Below, piece by piece: positions 1 to 8,045 of a stretch of 39,178 bases of DNA. The stretch's first letter is position 1; every line of letters begins with the position of its first letter. A model generated the notes under the pieces. That model searched no databases and was not told the origin of the DNA. It saw only the letters and a program-made list of their open reading frames with translations. This DNA comes from Solirubrobacteraceae bacterium (GTDB lineage Bacteria; Actinomycetota; Thermoleophilia; Solirubrobacterales; Solirubrobacteraceae): NCBI GenBank assembly GCA_030655275.1, contig JAURVW010000746.1, positions 1 to 39,178 on the forward strand, read 5' to 3'. The translations under genes and the position numbers were made by a program.

Positions 1-222
1 CCGCGCAACATGGGCGCCCGCGCGCACATGTTCCCGCGCCTCACGCAGATGCTCCAGGAGAAGGACCTGCGCCTCGGGTACATCGGTCGTCCGGAGCGTG
101 CCAGCCCGGGCGAGGGCTACCCGGCCGCCCACCTCACAGAGCAGAACCGGATCATCGAGACGGCGCTCGACACGGGCATCGCGGTGTCGCCGCACCCGCG
201 CCGTTCGCCGGGTCGCCGCTAG
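1..222 (+). CDS. 3' end of an unidentified CDS entering from the left edge (partial)
   Basis: Frame 1 is open from nt 1 to TAG 220-222 with strong G/C third-position bias, and is followed by the hairpin at 269-307. No family is recognisable from the 73 C-terminal residues. Confidence 0.4.
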   Translation, partial: PRNMGARAHMFPRLTQMLQEKDLRLGYIGRPERASPGEGYPAAHLTEQNRIIETALDTGIAVSPHPRRSPGRR

Positions 223-268
223 GTCGACGGTCAACCAGGGCGGCTCCCGGGCCGCCCGACCGGGTCTC

Positions 269-307
269 GAAACGCCCCCGTCGCTCGTCGAGCGGCGGGG
301 GCGTTTC
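269..307 (+). terminator. Stem-loop downstream of the partial CDS (intrinsic-terminator-like)
   Basis: GAAACGCCCCCGTCGCTC / GAGCGGCGGGGGCGTTTC forms an 18-bp stem (one G-T wobble) around the loop GTC. The downstream T-tract is weak (TTTCCCGTTC). Confidence 0.5.
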
Positions 308-541
308 CCGTTCAGCCGGCCACCGCCGGCCTCTCCCCACCCCAGACCGGGCTTGACCGTGTTAACGGACGGTCTGTCTCATCTCTCCGGAAAACGGCTC
401 AGTGACCATGTACGACCACGTGCAAAAGACCCCGAGCGCCCTGATCTTTGGCCGTTTCGGGCTTCGGCGCGAAGCGGAAGCCGATTTATGAACTGACCGC
501 GTTCGACCGATCGGGCGCGCCGCAACGCTCGAGTTTCTCCT

Positions 542-547
542 TACCGT
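542..547 (+). promoter_or_regulatory. -10-like hexamer TACCGT, 7 nt before ATG 555 (leaderless arrangement)
   Basis: TAnnnT hexamer at the same fixed 6-7 nt offset seen at 15 genes in this window. Confidence 0.45.
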
Positions 548-554
548 TCCTTCC

Positions 555-698
555 ATGTTGTACGGACTCGTCGTTCTCCTCCTCGTCATCGCCGTGGCGC
601 TCTTCCTCGCGAAGGTCGCCGTCGGTGGCGGCATCATCGGCATCATCGCCCTGATCCTCCTCGTGTGGGTCGTGATGAACGCCCCCAAGCGCGTCTAG
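555..698 (+). CDS. Small hydrophobic membrane protein, 47 aa (below the ORF-track cutoff)
   Basis: Hand translation gives MLYGLVVLLLVIAVALFLAKVAVGGGIIGIIALILLVWVVMNAPKRV. It has G/C-rich third positions, a -10-like box 7 nt upstream, and a paralogue immediately downstream. Confidence 0.55.
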   Translation: MLYGLVVLLLVIAVALFLAKVAVGGGIIGIIALILLVWVVMNAPKRV

Positions 699-734
699 CG
701 CCTGGCGCCTCAGGCGCCAGCGTCTCCCCCGCGA

Positions 735-740
735 TAGCGT
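735..740 (+). promoter_or_regulatory. -10-like hexamer TAGCGT, 6 nt before ATG 747
   Basis: TAGCGT-GGGGAG-ATG. The spacer could alternatively act as a Shine-Dalgarno sequence. Confidence 0.4.
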
Positions 741-746
741 GGGGAG

Positions 747-884
747 ATGATCTACCCCGTCATCGTGCTGCTCGTGGTGATCGCCGTCGTCCTGGCGATC
801 GCCGGAGCGGTCGTGGCGGGCGGGATCGTCGCGCTCGTCGCGGTCGGTCTGCTGATCTACGGCCTGGCGAACTCGCCGACGTAG
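747..884 (+). CDS. Small hydrophobic membrane protein, 45 aa, paralogue of 555-698
   Basis: Hand translation gives MIYPVIVLLVVIAVVLAIAGAVVAGGIVALVAVGLLIYGLANSPT. It shares the N-terminal pattern M-x-Y-x-x-x-V-L-L-x-V-I-A-V-x-L with the upstream mini-ORF. Confidence 0.55.
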   Translation: MIYPVIVLLVVIAVVLAIAGAVVAGGIVALVAVGLLIYGLANSPT

Positions 885-951
885 GTCCAACCTCGGGTGG
901 GCGCGCGGTGGCGCTGCGTCCGACGCCCCGCCGCCGGCAGCTGCCGGCCCC

Positions 952-3267
952 TCAGCTCGGGTTCGGCTCCGCGCGCGAGCGCTCGACGCCCGGCCCACCG
1001 CCGAACGGCTGCCCGCCGGCCTGGCTCATGAGCCGGATCGTGCCGAGGCGGCGCTGCTCCTCGCACCACACGAGGAACGCATCCGCGTCGAGCGGGACGG
1101 CGTAGTGGAAGCCCTGGCCCACGCTGCAGCCCATCATCGAGAGCATCTCGACCACCTCGGGCGACTCGATGCCCTCGGCGACGGTGCGCATCCCAAGGTT
1201 GCGGGCGAGGTCGAGGATCGACCACACGATCACGCGGTCGTCCTCGTCGGAGGCGATGTCGCGCACGAACGAGCGGTCGATCTTGAGCTCGTTGCAGTTG
1301 AGGTACTTCAGGTGCGCGAGCGAGGAGTAGCCGGTGCCGAAGTCGTCGAGCGAGAAGCCGATGCCGAGCGCGTTGATGGCCTTGATCACCTCGGCCGTGC
1401 GGGACGGGTCGGCCATGGCCATGTCCTCGGTGATCTCCAGCTCCAAAGAGGAGCCGGAGAGCCCGTGGCGATCCAGGAGCTGGGAGAGGCGGACCGGCAG
1501 GGTGGTGTCGACGAGATTCTGGGGTGAGAGGTTCACGGCGACCGAGAGCGCGAACCCGTGGGAGCGCCAGCGCTGCACCTCCTTGAGCGCGGCCCCGAGC
1601 ACCCACGTGGTGAGCTGCCCCATCTGCCCGGTGCGCTCGGCGACGGACAGGAAACGGTCCGGGGTGAGCAGGCCCTCGATCGGATGCTGCCAGCGCACGA
1701 GGGCCTCGGCGCCGGTCGCCAGGCCGGTCGCGAGATCGATCTTGGGCTGGAAGAACACGCGTAGCTCGTCGCGCTCGATCCCTTCGCGCAGCTGGGCGGC
1801 GAACACGAGCCGTTCGCGGCTGCGCAGATCGCGGGAGGGGTCGTAGATGAGCATCGAGAGGCCCTTCTCCTTGGCCTCCTGCGACGCGATCTCGGCCCGC
1901 TGCAGCAGCTCGGCGACGCTCTGCCCGTGCGCCGGGAAGAAGACCAGGCCGACCCGCACCTGCACGGCGAGCGACACGCCGTCGACCTGCAGCGGCGCCT
2001 CGACGCGTTCGATCAGGGCCTCGAGCGCGCGGCGGGCGTCACGCTCGCTGCCGTGCGACCGCAGGACCACCGCGAAGGTGCCACCGGCGAGGCGCACGGG
2101 CACGTCGGTGCCGGCGTGGTTGGAGAGCCGGGCGGCGAACTCGCGCAGCACCTCGTCGCCGACGCGGTGCCCGAGCGTCTCGTTGATCTCGTGCAGGTTG
2201 GTGAGATCCAGGACCGCGAGCGCGACCGGCATGTTGCGGTGCCCGGCGAACGCCAGCTCACGTTCGAGGACGGTCTCGAGCTCGTAACGGTCCGGAAGGC
2301 CCGTGAGACGGTCGATGCCGCCGAGCTCGGACGGGTCGGTGCGGGTGCTCGCGCCCGCCGGCGTGACCGACCGGCCGAACGCCAGCATCAGGACCACGAT
2401 CGCGAGGCCGTCGGCGACGGCGCCCGCACCGCGGATGGCACTGCCGTGGTAGGCCAGGACCCCGATCGCCAGCCCGACGACGAGGACCATCGTGAAGAGC
2501 GAGACCCGTCGGCGATCCGGCGCCGGCATGCCGTGGTCGCCGATGATCGTTCCGCCGAGGAGCAGGAGCAGCGCCGGCAGCTGCAGCAGCGGCGACGGAT
2601 CCAGAGTTACGCCCTCGATGCCCTCGATCTGTGCGCCGAGGAACAGCACGGCGCCGATCACCATCAGGGCGACGCCGCCCGAGGGCCGCCAGCCCTGGGA
2701 GATCATGAGGCTCACCGCCGCGGCGATCGGCATGAGCGAGATCACGAGCATCACCTGGCCGCGGAAGTCGAGACCGGCGATGTCGTCGCCGAGGGGCACG
2801 AAGAGCAACAGGGCCGCGGCGAGCGCGAAGACGAGCGCGGAGGCCTCGATCCGGTTGGTGCCGTCGTACGGGCGACGGCCCCCGGCGATGAGGATGGCCA
2901 CGTAGACCAGGAACCCGGCGGCGATCTGGGTGGTCTCCGCCAACGGACGGGACACGCCGAACCAGGCGACGGGCGCGAGCGTGAGGGCCGCGACAAGGGT
3001 TGCGGGCGACCATCGGTGGACGCCGAGCGACACGCGCGACCGAAGCACCGAACTGATCAGGATCAGCGTGACGCCCGGGACGAGCGCGGCGAGCAGACCC
3101 CGCGGCGCACGCGGGAGCAGGTCCTCCCAGCCGACGAGCGCGAACAGCCCGGCCACGAGGAGGCCGCCCGCGAGCGCAAACAGCCACCGGAGTGGTTGGG
3201 GGTGAAACACGGGGGACGGCCGCACGCCCGGTTCTTCGGATGAACCGGTTGTTGGTGAACTGACCAT
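952..3267 (-). CDS. Membrane-anchored GGDEF(degenerate)/EAL c-di-GMP phosphodiesterase-type signalling protein
   Basis: ORF 952..3636 is trimmed to ATG 3267 because its upstream part overlaps nucS. The N-terminal ~370 aa carry multiple hydrophobic segments. The GGDEF-domain region has RLAGGTFAV in place of GGDEF. EAL signatures EALVRW, ELEITE, DDFGTGYSSL, KIDRSF and AEGIE are present. Confidence 0.9.
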   Translation of the reverse strand: MVSSPTTGSSEEPGVRPSPVFHPQPLRWLFALAGGLLVAGLFALVGWEDLLPRAPRGLLAALVPGVTLILISSVLRSRVSLGVHRWSPATLVAALTLAPVAWFGVSRPLAETTQIAAGFLVYVAILIAGGRRPYDGTNRIEASALVFALAAALLLFVPLGDDIAGLDFRGQVMLVISLMPIAAAVSLMISQGWRPSGGVALMVIGAVLFLGAQIEGIEGVTLDPSPLLQLPALLLLLGGTIIGDHGMPAPDRRRVSLFTMVLVVGLAIGVLAYHGSAIRGAGAVADGLAIVVLMLAFGRSVTPAGASTRTDPSELGGIDRLTGLPDRYELETVLERELAFAGHRNMPVALAVLDLTNLHEINETLGHRVGDEVLREFAARLSNHAGTDVPVRLAGGTFAVVLRSHGSERDARRALEALIERVEAPLQVDGVSLAVQVRVGLVFFPAHGQSVAELLQRAEIASQEAKEKGLSMLIYDPSRDLRSRERLVFAAQLREGIERDELRVFFQPKIDLATGLATGAEALVRWQHPIEGLLTPDRFLSVAERTGQMGQLTTWVLGAALKEVQRWRSHGFALSVAVNLSPQNLVDTTLPVRLSQLLDRHGLSGSSLELEITEDMAMADPSRTAEVIKAINALGIGFSLDDFGTGYSSLAHLKYLNCNELKIDRSFVRDIASDEDDRVIVWSILDLARNLGMRTVAEGIESPEVVEMLSMMGCSVGQGFHYAVPLDADAFLVWCEEQRRLGTIRLMSQAGGQPFGGGPGVERSRAEPNPS

Positions 3268-3316
3268 GGACGAAGGGGTGGACGCAGGCTCGATCAATGA
3301 TCGCGCCCGGGTCCCG

Positions 3317-3991
3317 TCATCCGAAGAGCGTGAGGTCGGGGTCGCGCTCACCGCGGACGACGGCCAGGTCGACCTCGACCCAGTCGATGCCGCGGCTGGC
3401 GGCGAGCGTGCGGGCCTGGGGCGCGATCTTCTGCGCGACGAGGATGCCGCGGCAGTTCGCGAGGGTGGTGTCGGTGCGCATGCGCTCGAGGTAACGCGAG
3501 AGCTGCTCGACCGCGTCGATCGTCCCGATGCGCTTGATCTCGACGGCGACCCAGCCGTCCTCCTCGTCGCGGCACATGAGGTCGACGGGGCCGATGTCGG
3601 TGGGCCACTCGCGGCGCACGAGGCGCAGGCCCTCACCGCAGAACTCCGGCGCGGCGGCGAGCGCTTCCTGGAGGTCCTTCTCGACGCCGTCCTTCTCGAG
3701 CGCGGCGGCCTCGCCCATGTCGTGGAGCACGTCGCTGACGATCTCCTCGATCACGATCTCGAGCTGGTCGTCGCCGCCCACCTTGCGCACCTGCATGCGC
3801 GTGACGGGCTCGCCCTCGAACTCGACGATCGTCGGCGGGGTCATCCAGTTCTGGGGCTTGTAGCCGCCGGTGTCGGCGTGGACCATCACCGAGCCGTCGC
3901 TCTTGATCATCAGGAGACGAAGCGCCGTCGGGAGGACGGCGGTCACGCGGCCCGAGTAGCGGACCTCACAGCGGGCAACGATCAGACGCAC
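3317..3991 (-). CDS. nucS: Endonuclease NucS (EndoMS, mismatch-specific)
   Basis: VRLIVARCEVRYSGRVTAVLP...GSVMVHAD...YKPQNWM...GPVDLMCRD..WVAVEIKR is typical NucS. The start is GTG 3991, with TACCCT 7 nt upstream. The rest of the listed 402-aa ORF is a spurious extension. Confidence 0.9.
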   Translation of the reverse strand: MRLIVARCEVRYSGRVTAVLPTALRLLMIKSDGSVMVHADTGGYKPQNWMTPPTIVEFEGEPVTRMQVRKVGGDDQLEIVIEEIVSDVLHDMGEAAALEKDGVEKDLQEALAAAPEFCGEGLRLVRREWPTDIGPVDLMCRDEEDGWVAVEIKRIGTIDAVEQLSRYLERMRTDTTLANCRGILVAQKIAPQARTLAASRGIDWVEVDLAVVRGERDPDLTLFG

Positions 3992-3998
3992 AGGCGAA

Positions 3999-4004
3999 AG
4001 GGTA
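3999..4004 (-). promoter_or_regulatory. -10-like hexamer TACCCT (minus strand), 7 nt before nucS GTG
   Basis: The minus strand reads TACCCT-TTCGCCT-GTG. Confidence 0.5.
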
Positions 4005-4079
4005 GAGGGGGACGGTCCCCGGGCACCCGGCCCCGAGACCTCTGCGCGGCACCGTACTCCTCGGCACCCCGTCGGCGCA

Positions 4080-5633
4080 GTGCGGAGCGTGAGCGCGGTC
4101 ACATTCGTGGCGCCGAGGGGCATCCTCATGGCGCCGGGAAACGCGCCAGCCCGCGGGGTCACCCGAGCCACGGGGCGGATACTCGTGGTGATGTTCGCGC
4201 CTGCCGTCCCACCGACCACACCGTCGGCCGTGCCCCCGCCGCCCGCACTCGTGCGAACCATCGGGCCGAGCACCACCGGCTCGACGGCACTCGACGGCGG
4301 GGCCGAGGTGGCGGCCGTCGCGAGCGCGTTCCCGGTCGCGGCGCTCCGCGCGGATGGCCTCTTCGTCACGCTCGTCGACGGCGCCTCTGCGGCTCGGGGA
4401 TTGGCGATGCTGTCGATCGACGCGTGGGCGACGCCCACCAGCACGGCCATCCGGGCCTCATCGGTCCAGGGGACGCGCGGATTCACCGACGTGTCGTCGT
4501 TCGCGCCCGGCCAGGCGGGCGGCATCGACGGCTACGACTGGCACGTCATCGAACGTAAGCGCTCGGCCTCGGCGCCGGCGGCCACCCGCCTGATCGCCCT
4601 CGATGACTCCGGGCACATCCATCTGATGTCGTCGCTTCCGCCGACGGCCGCCGGCGCGCAGGTGGTCCCGACGGGCCGCGGCATGCGGGTCGTGACGACG
4701 AAGGCGCCCGCCACCGTGATGACGGACTCCGGTCGCGAGATCGCTTCCATCCGCGGGTTCAGGGTGGCGTCGTCGATCGGCCTGTCCGACGGCTCGCTGC
4801 TGCTCGCAGGGACGCGACGCACCGCAGGCGGCGGTTCGAGCACCGCTGCTCCCACATCGATGCGCAAGATCTCACGCTCGGGCACCGTCAGCGCATGGCA
4901 CCCGGGGTTCACGGTCAGCTCGCAGCAGGCGATCACGCCGCTTCACGCAACCCCGCGCGGCATTGTGTATCTGGCGGCCCAGGCGAACCCGCCGAGTGGC
5001 GATACGCCGCCGGCGAACGAGCCGGCCCTGATCCTCAGGACGACCACGCGGCACACGATCCGCGTCACGGCCTCCCAGCTCGGCGTCGCCCGGTCGCCCG
5101 CCTGCTCGGCCCCCGGCACCACCTATCGGCTCGTCGCGATCGCCGGTCCCGCGGGCGCACCGATCGCCCGGCTGGACTGCATCTCCGGACCGGTCGGGGC
5201 GCAGGTCGCGCAGCAGTCCACGCTCATCGGGTTGAGCGACAAGCTGCAGCCGCGCTGGGTACGCGACCTCACGCCTCCATCGCTCGCCGACGTGGCCGTC
5301 GGTCCGCAGGGCACGCTCGTCTCGCTGAGTGCGGAGGGCACCCTCTCCTCCGCCACCGTGAGCGACGCGCTCCCCACCCCGCGCGGCTCGGTGCTCTCGG
5401 TCCACGCCGGCGAGGGCGGCCCGCCGTTCACGCGCCTGCGCTGCGACCACGCCGAGGGCCGGATCTGCAACGGGATCGCCGAGCTCTCGGCCGGCGGCAA
5501 GGTGATCGCCAGCGCGCGGTACGCCATGCGGGCACGCCCCGGCCGCGCCGCGGCCGTCGTAATCCGACACTTCGCGGGTGCCCCGAGCAAGCCACGTGGG
5601 CGCCTGTCGGTTCGCCTTCGCACGGCAACGTAG
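4080..5633 (+). CDS. Hypothetical Ala/Thr/Ser/Gly-rich protein (start uncertain; ATG 4128 has GAGGGG 7 nt upstream)
   Basis: This is the only frame here with a protein-like translation and a G/C3 bias. I recognise no motif. All overlapping ORFs are Arg-rich shadows. Confidence 0.5.
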   Translation: MRSVSAVTFVAPRGILMAPGNAPARGVTRATGRILVVMFAPAVPPTTPSAVPPPPALVRTIGPSTTGSTALDGGAEVAAVASAFPVAALRADGLFVTLVDGASAARGLAMLSIDAWATPTSTAIRASSVQGTRGFTDVSSFAPGQAGGIDGYDWHVIERKRSASAPAATRLIALDDSGHIHLMSSLPPTAAGAQVVPTGRGMRVVTTKAPATVMTDSGREIASIRGFRVASSIGLSDGSLLLAGTRRTAGGGSSTAAPTSMRKISRSGTVSAWHPGFTVSSQQAITPLHATPRGIVYLAAQANPPSGDTPPANEPALILRTTTRHTIRVTASQLGVARSPACSAPGTTYRLVAIAGPAGAPIARLDCISGPVGAQVAQQSTLIGLSDKLQPRWVRDLTPPSLADVAVGPQGTLVSLSAEGTLSSATVSDALPTPRGSVLSVHAGEGGPPFTRLRCDHAEGRICNGIAELSAGGKVIASARYAMRARPGRAAAVVIRHFAGAPSKPRGRLSVRLRTAT

Positions 5634-5755
5634 CCCGGAGGTCTTGATCGCCTTCGCGACCGTCGACTCGTCGACTGGGGCGGCGGCGCCCAGAGCGTGA
5701 GCGCGATCGGATTCCGGTGCGAAGGACGCGTCCTCACGGCGCCTTGGACGGTTTG

Positions 5756-5761
5756 TAGGGT
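5756..5761 (+). promoter_or_regulatory. -10-like hexamer TAGGGT, 6 nt before ATG 5768
   Basis: TAGGGT-GACCCG-ATG. Confidence 0.5.
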
Positions 5762-5767
5762 GACCCG

Positions 5768-6529
5768 ATGTCGTCTCGTCCGAGGTTTCCCAGCGCACCG
5801 GCGTGGTACCGCCCGCTGCTGCAGCTCGAGGACCAGGTGCTGCTGCGTCTGCGCGACCGCCTCCCGACGCAGGCCCACCTCCACGGCGACGACGAGGCCA
5901 CGGCCGACTACGCCGAGAACGAGCGCCTCGGCATCCGGTCGGCCGAGCGGATTGTGCCTGGCGCCAACGCGTCGCCGTACATGGTCCAGCACGTCGGCCG
6001 GTACCTGTGGGCCATGGATGCAGCCAGGGGGAAGCACGTGATCGACCTCGGCTGCGGCGACGGATACGGCACGTTTTTGCTGTCGTGGGTGGCCGCGAGC
6101 GCCGTCGGGATCGACCTCTCGGCCTCGGCGATCACCGCCGCCCGGGAGCAGTACTCCGGCCACCACGCGGGACCGCAGTACCGCGAGGGCGACCTCACGA
6201 AGGCCGACCAGCTTCCGGGCTCGGCCGACCTCGCCACCTGCTTCGAGGTGCTCGAGCACGTGCCGCAGGCCCAGCTCGTGCTCGAGACCGCGGCCCAGCG
6301 CGTGCCGCGGCTGCTCATGTCGGTGCCGAACCCGCTCGCCGGCGGCTCCCACATCAATCCCCACCACGTCGTCGACTGGCCGCTGTCGAAGTGGAAACGC
6401 GTGGCGCGGTCGGCCGGTGCCGAGTCGATCACGGCCCACCACCAGTCCTTGCGGGGCTACCGCGTGCAGCGACGCGCCGCCCCGTGGCATGCCTTCTGGC
6501 TGCTCGACATCCGCTTCTCACCGCGCTAG
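5768..6529 (+). CDS. Class I SAM-dependent methyltransferase
   Basis: Motif I VIDLGCGDGYG is present, followed by the post-I and motif II-like segments (AVGIDLS, ADLATCFEVLEHV). Confidence 0.8.
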   Translation: MSSRPRFPSAPAWYRPLLQLEDQVLLRLRDRLPTQAHLHGDDEATADYAENERLGIRSAERIVPGANASPYMVQHVGRYLWAMDAARGKHVIDLGCGDGYGTFLLSWVAASAVGIDLSASAITAAREQYSGHHAGPQYREGDLTKADQLPGSADLATCFEVLEHVPQAQLVLETAAQRVPRLLMSVPNPLAGGSHINPHHVVDWPLSKWKRVARSAGAESITAHHQSLRGYRVQRRAAPWHAFWLLDIRFSPR

Positions 6530-6613
6530 CCCGATCGCCGGAGGTTCGGGCGGACGGGGCACATTGGCCCGGGCGCCCCGGGGCCCGGGCATCCCACGGC
6601 CCGAGCGGCCTGA

Positions 6614-7855
6614 TCAGGCCGGGAGTTCTCGCGGCGCGATCGACAGGAGACGCTCGCGGAGATGCGCGAGGTCGTCGCCCGCTCCGCGCGCCTCGGCGAA
6701 GGCGCAGGCGTTGAGCGCCTCGCTCACGAGATCGGTGCGGGCCAACGCGTGGGCCAGCCGCGACCAGGCCTCGGCCGAGTCGGGGTCGACGACGGTCGCC
6801 TGCTCGGCGGCCGCGACGGCCGCTCCGACGTTGCCTGCCAGCTGGTGGGCGAGCGCGAGATCGAGCAGGCCTTCGACGGTCGCGCCCAGCGCGCGGGCCC
6901 GCTCGAGTGCCTCGATGGCACCGGCACGGTCGAAGCGGGCCAGGCGCAGTCGGCCGACGCGCTCCCAGCCGCTGGCATCGCCGGGCGCCTGCTCGGCCGC
7001 GAGGACGGCGGCGCCGAGCGCGAGATCGGTCGCCCCCATCGCCTCGTAGATGCGCGAGGCGTACCGCTGCGGTGCGGGACGGCCCGGCTCGGCGCGGATC
7101 CAGTCGCGGACGGCGCGCCCGGCCGCCTCGAGCTTGCCCGCCTGCCAGAAGGCGAACGTGATCAGGCGCAGCACGACGGGGTTGCGCGGCTGCGCGTCGC
7201 GGGCATAGGTGAGGCGCTGCGCGGCGACCTCGAAGTCGTTCTCGGCCAGCGCGTGGCGAGCCGCCGTCATGAACCGTTCCACGCGCTCGGCGGCCGGGTC
7301 GGGACGGGAGAAGTCGACGAACTGCAGCGAGCCGGCGGGCACGGTGCGGATGCTCTCCTGGAAGCGGACGCGGGCCCACTGCTGCACGTTGTCGCCGTCG
7401 CCGGTGAAGTAGATGCCGTCGACGGTGCCGACGCCCCACTCGGGATACGACAGGCAGCGCGCGTAGCGGTGGACCACCGAGTGATCCGGCATGCGGCTGC
7501 CGAAGGGGTCGTTCTTCTGCGTGTGCTCGCGGGCGGCCTCGGCCCGCTGCTGGGCCTCGTAGTTCCGACGACCCTCCTCGGCGCGAGCGCGGCGCGCGGC
7601 CTGCCCCGCGACCCGCACGGCGTTCGCGGAGACGCTGCCGCCGCGCGAACCCTCCGCGAGCTGCTCGAGCTGGTCGGCCGCCTCGTTGATCGCTTTGAGG
7701 TGGCGCTCGTGCTCGTGCTCCTTGCCGATCGGCGCGAGATCCGGGTGCCAGCGCTTGGCCATCGTGCGCCGCGCGGTCTGCACCGACTTCTTGTCGAAGG
7801 GCGGCGCGAGCTCGAGCAGCAGGACGAGCTGTTCGATGTCGACGACGGCGGACAC
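6614..7855 (-). CDS. J-domain protein with Tudor/SH3-like middle segment and C-terminal TPR-like repeats
   Basis: The J-domain-like segment ends in KRWHPDLAP (HPD motif). The segment PEWGVGTVDGIYFTGDGDNVQQWARVRF resembles the DUF3553/PcrA-C-terminal-like fold. The C-terminus is Ala/Leu-rich and TPR-like. The start is GTG 7855, with TACGCT 6 nt upstream. Confidence 0.75.
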   Translation of the reverse strand: MSAVVDIEQLVLLLELAPPFDKKSVQTARRTMAKRWHPDLAPIGKEHEHERHLKAINEAADQLEQLAEGSRGGSVSANAVRVAGQAARRARAEEGRRNYEAQQRAEAAREHTQKNDPFGSRMPDHSVVHRYARCLSYPEWGVGTVDGIYFTGDGDNVQQWARVRFQESIRTVPAGSLQFVDFSRPDPAAERVERFMTAARHALAENDFEVAAQRLTYARDAQPRNPVVLRLITFAFWQAGKLEAAGRAVRDWIRAEPGRPAPQRYASRIYEAMGATDLALGAAVLAAEQAPGDASGWERVGRLRLARFDRAGAIEALERARALGATVEGLLDLALAHQLAGNVGAAVAAAEQATVVDPDSAEAWSRLAHALARTDLVSEALNACAFAEARGAGDDLAHLRERLLSIAPRELPA

Positions 7856-7861
7856 CCTCTC

Positions 7862-7867
7862 AGCGTA
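7862..7867 (-). promoter_or_regulatory. -10-like hexamer TACGCT (minus strand), 6 nt before GTG 7855
   Basis: The minus strand reads TACGCT-GAGAGG-GTG. Confidence 0.5.
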
Positions 7868-8045
7868 CCACCGGCCCCGAGGCGGTCCCACCGGTCTGGC
7901 CGATTTCGCAAGGGCCCGTTCACACCTGCAGGCGCAGGCGCCGCCGGACTGCCCGGGTCCTTCACCCAGGAAGAGCAGCTGGCGCCATCGCACCCCAATG
8001 GGAGTCCAGTCCCTTGCATTTGCCCATTGCACCGGCCGATAGCTC

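Noticed and set aside
3268-3636. Upstream extension of the GGDEF/EAL ORF to 894 aa
   Set aside because: It overlaps the 3' part of nucS in another frame and translates to Ser/Arg/Thr-rich low-complexity sequence.
3992-4525. Upstream extension of the NucS ORF to 402 aa
   Set aside because: The NucS family starts at the (M/V)RL(V/I)IA motif, and a -10 box sits 7 nt upstream of GTG 3991. The extension overlaps the divergent 4080 gene.
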